Below are positions 56,450-64,000 of a DNA stretch of 64,000 bases, piece after piece. The stretch is from Lama glama. Taxonomy: Eukaryota. Position numbers and translations under genes: made by a program. The notes below the pieces were generated by a model. The model did not search any database and was not told the origin of the DNA. It saw only the letters and a program-made list of their open reading frames with translations. How positions within the stretch are numbered: position 1 is the stretch's first letter; every line of letters starts with the position of its first letter. The stretch spans positions 73,162,001 through 73,226,000 of the forward strand of contig CM052816.1 of the NCBI GenBank assembly GCA_028534125.1, written 5' to 3'.

Positions 56450-56770
56450 TTTGCTGAAGAAAGTCCCTGGAAAGGGCAGTCTTTCCCAAATAAAAGGCCA
56501 GCCTCCCAAGGAGAGGCTCTATGCACTCCCACACCACATTTTTTCTTTATTTTGCCCATCCTAGAGTGAAGACGGAAGAAACCATAAACCAGGGGGACAA
56601 AAGGCCATTTGGAAGAGTGGGAAAACAGGTGTGTCTGGGACATTCTTATCGTTAAACCATAAACTCTCCCAGATGCTTGCCTCCAGACTTTTTATTATAT
56701 AAGGAAAAGATACAGGTTCATTGTTTCAACAACAACACAGGTTCATTGCTATGCTGTAGACATGTTGATC
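56450..56770 (+). mobile_element. Old MaLR LTR fragment (MLT1J/K-like)
   Basis: GCTTGCCTCCAGACTTTTATTATATAAGGAAAA 3' signature; highly diverged. Confidence 0.5.
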
Positions 56771-57789
56771 TGCAATCTGTTTCTCCCACTTTTGGCTTCA
56801 GAGCCTCAGACCTGATCATTGCCTCCCATAAAGCTCATACAGCTATAAATATTTTAATTGATGTTTATATAGAGAGACAAACACTTATAAGATATTTTTA
56901 TTTTTTCTCTTTGGTATGGTACGTTTTAAATAAAAACAGAATTAATCTCATACATAGGAAGAGTCCTCTAGGTCAGTACATAAAAATTTAACACTTTTTT
57001 GATAACTGTATTCTTTAGTGTCACATTTACCATAATTGATTTAGACCATCTCCTAGATGGACATCCAGGTTAATTCAGTTTTTTTTTTTAAATTTCTTTT
57101 CATGATCTTGCTACTCTCCTCTGATATTATAGACTTGCAATAGCTCTCCTAAAATATGATGTCCAGAACTGAAATTTAATACATCAGACATAACTGGAGG
57201 GGCCAAGAGTACATCGGGACCATTGGTTTCCAAAATTATTTTGGTAGCTTAATGACATTATGCACTTTATTAATCAGCATTTTTGTTATCATTCCTTCAT
57301 CACTATTTGCTAAGGTGTATGAGATGTTACCATTCCTGATCATATCTTTATATAGCTCCCATAATGTAAATTCCATGGGCAGGAGTCTTGTCTGTCTTGC
57401 TGACAGCTATCTTCCTAGCACAGAAGAATATGTATTTCTGTAGTAAATAAATGAGAAGAGATCTTATCTCTAGGTGGATTCTTTTAAGCATGTACACATA
57501 CTCTAAGAATAATAATATAATGACCCTTCTACATTTATGTGCCATATAGATTATCAATTCTTTCATGTACAACCAGCTAGAACAACATTAAGGAATAGGA
57601 TGTATTTAAGATTTATTTTGAGGATGATGAGGTAAGAAAGATGAAAGCCTTTGGAAACATGAAAATCAGCCCATGGAGGAAAGGTCTGGCTAAAGAATAT
57701 AGTAGAAACTTCTGATTTTTTTTTTTGGCAGCCACATGATATGCTGCACTTCTGAGCAGAGAAGGGGAGAAAAGCGTAGTTGGGGCAGG

Positions 57790-58090
57790 CACATGGAGCC
57801 AGGAGTGAGGCGAATGTCTCATTCACCTCCAGTGCAGACTTTGAGGGGTGCAAAAAAAAACTCAGTAATCAACATAAATAGTATTTTAATAAAACATTTT
57901 TAAAAATCAAAATTTATACCAAAAAGTTCTTGGTGGACAAAATAACCAAAATTTTAAGCGAAGGGTCAGCAGAATGACTGCTTTACTCACAATCTACTTA
58001 CAGTCCAAAAGCGATCCCCTAAGGGGCCATGCAGGTGATGCCTCCTTAAATATTAGACTGGTGAGTTTCCCCTCTTCCTAGTCTCTATCT
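57790..58090 (+). mobile_element. MER96B-like hAT element
   Basis: GTGAGGCGA...TTTGAGGGGTGCAAAAAAAAACTCAGTAATCAACATAAATAGTATTTTAAT...AAAAATCAAAATT. Confidence 0.7.
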
Positions 58091-59964
58091 GCACATAGGC
58101 TCTGGTCCTTCCTTCCCATCAAGGGACTTCTTAAGGGGATACTAATGAAATTGTATACACTTTTTAATATATAAGATTCAGTTTTAATATGGCTTAGTGT
58201 CTTAACAAACTGATTATACCCCAAACTTGGGGTTATATATTTTCCTATTTTTCTCTCATTGAAATGCGAATGTCTGCAATATGAATTATCTGAAATTCAA
58301 ACATATATTTCAAATGTTCTTTCAACTTACACCACACAGTGTTCCTTAACTCAGGCACATGGCAGTAATCTGTTTTATTTAGAACATATGGCTACATTTG
58401 ATATATCAAATGTCTTTTCCAAGTGAAGTCATCATTTCAGTTTTATAGAAACTTGTCTGCAATATGACATAGGGGAAAAACAATGATTTTCCTCTCATTA
58501 TTCATTAGATTTCCTTCAAATTCACATAGATATAAGTTGGCCTAAAAATTAAATTTTCCTAGAATAGCTCAAGTAGTTAAAAGAGTCTCAAATAACTTCT
58601 AAATAGCCATCAAAGTACAGTATTCACTATGGGAAAGTAAATTGTTCCCACCTTTATGGAGAGTCCTTTGGTGATACAGTTCAGGTTTTTAAAATGCTCA
58701 TTACTTCTGACCCTGAGGAAATAACTCATAATTTGAAGGGAGTGATCCAAAAAATGTTACAAATTAAAAAAAAAACATATATATAAAGAGAACTGAAATG
58801 ATGACAATGGGTCAACTGCTGCCTCACTCCCAGGAAAACTTTCAGTGTTGCCCAGATCGAGGGGAGAGGCTTATCTTTCTGGCCACCATCAGCCCCAATC
58901 TCCCCCAACTCCCTGGGGAAGATCTAAATCCCTATTGTCTAATCAGGAAAGATTAACGATCCCAGGACTGTTGAAATGCATGTGGGGGCATTCTTCCTCC
59001 TATGACTGCTGGTCTGTGAATCCTTCCACCCAGCTTCCTGGTTCCCCATCGAGAACATTTTTCCCTTTCTCTTCCCCGTCAGTGTACCCACTGTCCCTTT
59101 AGCCTGTCCCTGTCCTCGCTTGCATTTGAGTTGCAAATCTACCTCTTTTTCCCCTTCCTCTAGGTTCTATTTTATATAGTCATTGTGTAGAAGGGGAAAT
59201 GGCTTTTAAAACATGTTCCTTAGTTCAGGGTTGTATGACTTGAGGGTCTGAGGTAGAGAAAATAGCCTGAGAGTAAAAGTGAGAGAAGGAAACAAGGAAA
59301 GACACCCAGAATAACTTGCTTGACACTTGGCAATAAAATCCTGCCCCGTTTGTAATAGAAAGCTTGTAATAGTAAATAGTAAGCATTTGTAATAGCAAAG
59401 AGCACACACATACATGCGATATCTAATAGGGGACTGTTTAGATCAATTGTAGTACATTTAAATTAAAAATATAACGAAATCATTAAAACAAAATGTATAA
59501 AATGTAAAATGCTTTTGAAATGAATACAAATTAAAAAACCAAGACTAAGAAAAATCTTCATAAACTTCACGATCCATTAAGAAACAGACGCACGTAACGA
59601 CACATAGAAAAACCCAAGAAAGAAGTGCTGCAAAATGTTAACAAAAGCTGAAAGCTGGTGGTGGGAATTGTTGGCATTTTTCCTCCCTATAATTTCTAAT
59701 TCATCTTTACTGGATGCAGATTGTTTCTTTTTCTTACAAATCAGAGCAAAACTTAGAAATAAAAAGCTAGAAAGAGAAGTAATACATAAGCAGAATCTGA
59801 ATAGTTGCACCATTTATTATTCGTCCAGATGGCCAATTACTTGCTGAATAAATTTGATCCTATAGTAAAATTCTAACCCCAAATAGAATTCTGAGTTAGA
59901 CTACATTGATCTTCCATGCCAAAATCTACTAGTCTGCTCACCCAAGTTCAGATCTGGAGAGGGT

Positions 59965-60480
<516 letters not shown>

Positions 60481-60499
60481 TTGTATGCCATGATAATTT

Positions 60500-61330
60500 T
60501 GCAGGTGATCTTTTAGGGGATGGGCAATTATGGCAGAACTATGAGCAGAAAAATTATTGCATATAGGAAAGATAACTCTGAAGGCAGCAAAGAATCAATG
60601 TGAGGGACCAGAATGGAGGTATACAAAGCATCAATAAAACTACTGCAGTTGTCAAGAGAAAAATGATGAGAGTCTGAACTGAGGTGGTGATGGAGAGGGT
60701 GATATAGAGGAGAGAAATTTTGGATATACAATCAACTGAACTTAATTGGGAAATAAAGGAAAGTGGAAAATCTCCTAGAATAAATCTAAAGGAGATGATA
60801 CTGATGTTTGCATCATTATCCAAATGTGGAAGGGAGTATGTTTTAATGGGTGGAGATGACGAGTCCATTTTTGGGTATCATTTTACCATTTATTAGATAT
60901 ATGACAATGGAGCGCAGGACCATGGTGTAGCTCAAAATACAGACGTGAGAGTCAATAAATGTGTAGTAGGTTGAAACTATGAGCATAAGTGAGATTGCCT
61001 TGAGACATTATTGAGAACAGAAGAGAGTGTTTTGGACTTTGGTGAACACCAATATTTTAGAGGTTGGCAGGTTAGAGGAACTTTGCCAAGGTAGAGGAGA
61101 ATTATCCTCAGAGAGAGTAAGGAGGCTAAGAGAGAGTGATTTTGTAGAAATCATGATAGAGAATCCCAGATAGTGCTGGATCCTGAAGAGAACTTAATTA
61201 AGAAACAGATAATTCCTATTGATTTGAGAACAAAGAAACTACTAATGACATGATCAAGAACATAATTGTAGGGTGAGCTGAAAACTAGTTTGTTGTGGGT
61301 TATGCCTGCAAGGACGTGGAGTCAGTGAAT
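60500..61330 (-). mobile_element. L2 fragment
   Basis: CTACTGCAGTTGTCAAGAGAAAAATGATGAGAGTCTGAACT.AGGTGGTG...GGAGAGAAATT...; diverged. Confidence 0.7.
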
Positions 61331-62600
61331 TCTTTTTTTTTAATTTAATATTGAATACAAGTAAAATAGTATTGATAATATTTTTCTAAAGTTTAAAGTA
61401 CAAAACAAAATAAACAGCCACGTACTCACTGGCCAGCTCAGAATACAGAACATCACAGTAACTTTGAAGCACTCCCCCTTCACTGTGACCCAAGTCTCAT
61501 ACCTCCTTCTCCCTACCCAGAGGTGTTAACTATCCTGAACTTCATGTTGATAATTCCTTTATTTGTCTGGGTAGTTTTACCAGGAGTGGATATTCTTAAA
61601 TATTTACTCTTTGAGTGGCAGCCCTGGACTTGGGCAGTGAACAACCTGTGTGATCATTCAAGGCTGTCCTGACTACATACTTTTTAATTTTTCATGTTTT
61701 TTAACTTTTTATAAAAGAAGTCATGCTATGTATTTTCCTCTGTGATGAACTTAATTACTCAACGTTAAGATTCTGAGATTTCTCCACTTTGAATTTTATA
61801 GTTGTGGGTTGCTTATTTTTATGTTGCATAGTATTACATTTTATGGCTAGACTTCAATAGGGTAGTCCTCCTGTTGTTCAAGCATTTGCATTCTCATTTT
61901 AAGCTATTTCAGCTGAAATTGGGCGCGTTCAACGTGATATGGCCATAGACTCATTTTTAACTATTTCAAATAATCCTCCTCGAACATACCTTGTCTATGG
62001 TATTTGCTAGGAATAGAGGAATGGTGGAGTCATCTTCAACTTTATGAGGGTATTAAATATTTTTCTAAGGAAATTGTTTCTACGTACTAGGAATTTATCA
62101 TCAGCAACACTTGATATGGTCAGACTTAAAGTTTTGCTCATTTGGTGTGCGTAAAATAATATTTTTTTGTGGTTCTAATTTGCATTTCCCTAACTATTAA
62201 TGAATTGGAGCATGTTTTAATGTTTGCTGGTCATTTGTATTTCCTCTGCTATGAAATTCCTCTCCAGGAGTTGTTTCATCTTTTCTTTTTTAATGACCTG
62301 CAATGAGCAGTTTTTAGCTTGACTTTTCACTTTCTTTATGATATCATTTGATAAACATAATTTCTTGACTTCAATGTGGTCATATTTATGTTTTGCTCAT
62401 TTAAAATCTGGTTTAAGAGACATTTCTCAACCCTGATGTTACAGATACATTATTATATTATCTTCCAAATATGTTATTATTTGTTTGTTCACATTTTAGT
62501 CTTTAATTCATCTGGAATTGATTTTTGTGTATGGTGTGAGATAAGGGTTCATGTTCATGTTTTTCCCTGTGACTAATAAATCACTTCTTTCTGTACAACA
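61330..62600 (-). mobile_element. Old L1ME fragment (host of the 5S insertion)
   Basis: TTGTGGTTCTAATTTGCATTTCCCTAA...CATTTGTATTTCCTC...CATCTGGAATTGATTTTTGTGTATGGTGTGAG. Confidence 0.8.
61909..61950 (-). pseudogene. 5S rRNA 5'-fragment (nt 1-42) tailless retropseudogene
   Basis: Minus strand GTCTATGGCCATATCACGTTGAACGCGCCCAATTTCAGCTGA versus 5S GTCTACGGCCATACCACCCTGAACGCGCCCGATCTCGTCTGA, 34/42 identical. Flanked by a direct repeat at 61893-61911 and 61950-61968 (17/19 identical). Confidence 0.9.
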
Positions 62601-63294
62601 GCAGCTGACACCAATGATGGGGCATGCCTGTAATAACGGCAGTTCTGATTCCCTGAAAATAACCTTTCTGCCTCTAATTTCCTGCATGCAAACTCTTTCT
62701 GCTCTAAATATCTAGGCTGAACTCTGACTGTTACAATATTGCTAAGGGCACAGCTAAGTGTAGAATCTTGCTTATGCTGGCAGCAATCTAGATGATTCTA
62801 ATTTTTTTTCCAGCAGTAAAGTAGAAAAGACAGCTGGGGGTTGCACAGAAGGGTATGCAAAAAGTCAAGAGGAGAGGGGACATTAAGGTTTATAGATTGA
62901 GTGATTAGAATAGTGCACCATGGGGTTAAGGTTGGAGAGGAGGAAGGTCAATGTTTACCTGTGCACACACATGTATGTATACACGGAGGCAACCTGCAAA
63001 TTCTCATGTTTGACTTTTGTACAATATTTGGCAAATATTAATATCCCCCAAATTGCCTCTTGCACAAGGACTTTGAACTTTAATGCATCACAAAAGAGAA
63101 GAGACTTCAAATCTCTAGTTCAAAAGACAGGTGACAAAGATATTTAGAATTCATAGCACTTAGAGATCTACAAGGATCAGTACATTTTGTTCAAAGATTT
63201 AAATTCCTTGGGAAATCTTTCTTTTTGGTTTGCTTTTTTATTATCTTTGGAAAGCCCTACCCAATAAATCCAATAATTTTTCACAACTTCAGGG

Positions 63295-63815
63295 TATTTT
63301 TAATTTAAATAAACTTTGAAAAATTTTAGAATAGTTTTAGATTTACAGAAGAACAGTTTGCAAATATATAGTAGAATTCAGTTTCTATATCATCCTCAAC
63401 CAGTTTCTCCTATTTTTAACACTTTACATTACCATAGGGGATATATCACAATTAAGAAACCAACACTGGTGCATTTCTATCAACTAAAGTCTGCTCTTTA
63501 TTTGGATTTCTCTAGTTTTTCCATAATGCCCTCTTTCTGTTCCAAGATATCACATTACATTTAGTTGTCACGTCTCCTTAGCCTCCCTTGGTCTGCAATA
63601 GCTTCCCAGATCTTCCTTGGCTTCTGATGACTTAGACAGTTTTGAGGTGTAGTAGTCAGTTTTTAGAAACTGTGTCTCAAGTTGGGTTCGTTTGATATTT
63701 TCCTCATGGTTAGATTTGGGTTTTGGGTTATGGGGAATAACACCACAGACTTAAAATACTATTCTCATCAAATCATATCAAGAATGCATGCTATCAATGT
63801 GACATGCTTTTGTGA
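63295..63815 (-). mobile_element. L1MC/MD 3' end
   Basis: TTTAGAATAGTTTTAGATTTACAGAA...CCAGTTTCTCCTATT...CATTACATTTAGTTGTCACGTCTCCTTAG...TTCTCATCA.ATCATATCAAG. Confidence 0.85.
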
Positions 63816-64000
63816 TTTTTAAACAACTAATTTAACATTTAAAGATTTGCATAGGGCATAAGAACCGCAGAAATATTTGGAAGTGGAAGGAGAAATTGTA
63901 TATTTTTGCAGTAAAACAAAGGGTCATATTTCTGTATTTTGCATGCATATATACACTATACACAGAAGGATATATTTCTGTACTTCGCATTCACTTACAC

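Overview
Mammalian genomic DNA, most likely camelid, since it carries a Vic-1-type tRNA-derived SINE. It is AT-rich and repeat-dense, with a 500-N assembly gap at 38741-39240. The only intact protein-coding gene is MRPS30 (mitoribosomal protein mL65) on the minus strand: five coding exons (51638-51038, 49580-49435, 48699-48594, 47584-47408, 45452-45163), all introns GT-AG, joining to 1320 nt = 439 aa + stop, with a CpG-island promoter and a proximal AATAAA. Three retrocopies are not apparent from the ORF track: an FTL processed pseudogene that keeps a decayed iron-responsive element (~21510-22000), a CCDC150 C-terminal fragment (~59965-60480), and a tailless 42-nt 5S rRNA retropseudogene with target-site duplication (61909-61950). 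The rest is transposon debris (a near full-length Tigger1, ERV/MaLR solo LTRs, L1, L2, MIR, hAT elements), microsatellites, and a few hairpins and motif clusters. I found no evidence of a wholly new biological system. Family and gene assignments rest on recalled reference sequences, not on database searches, and repeat boundaries are approximate.
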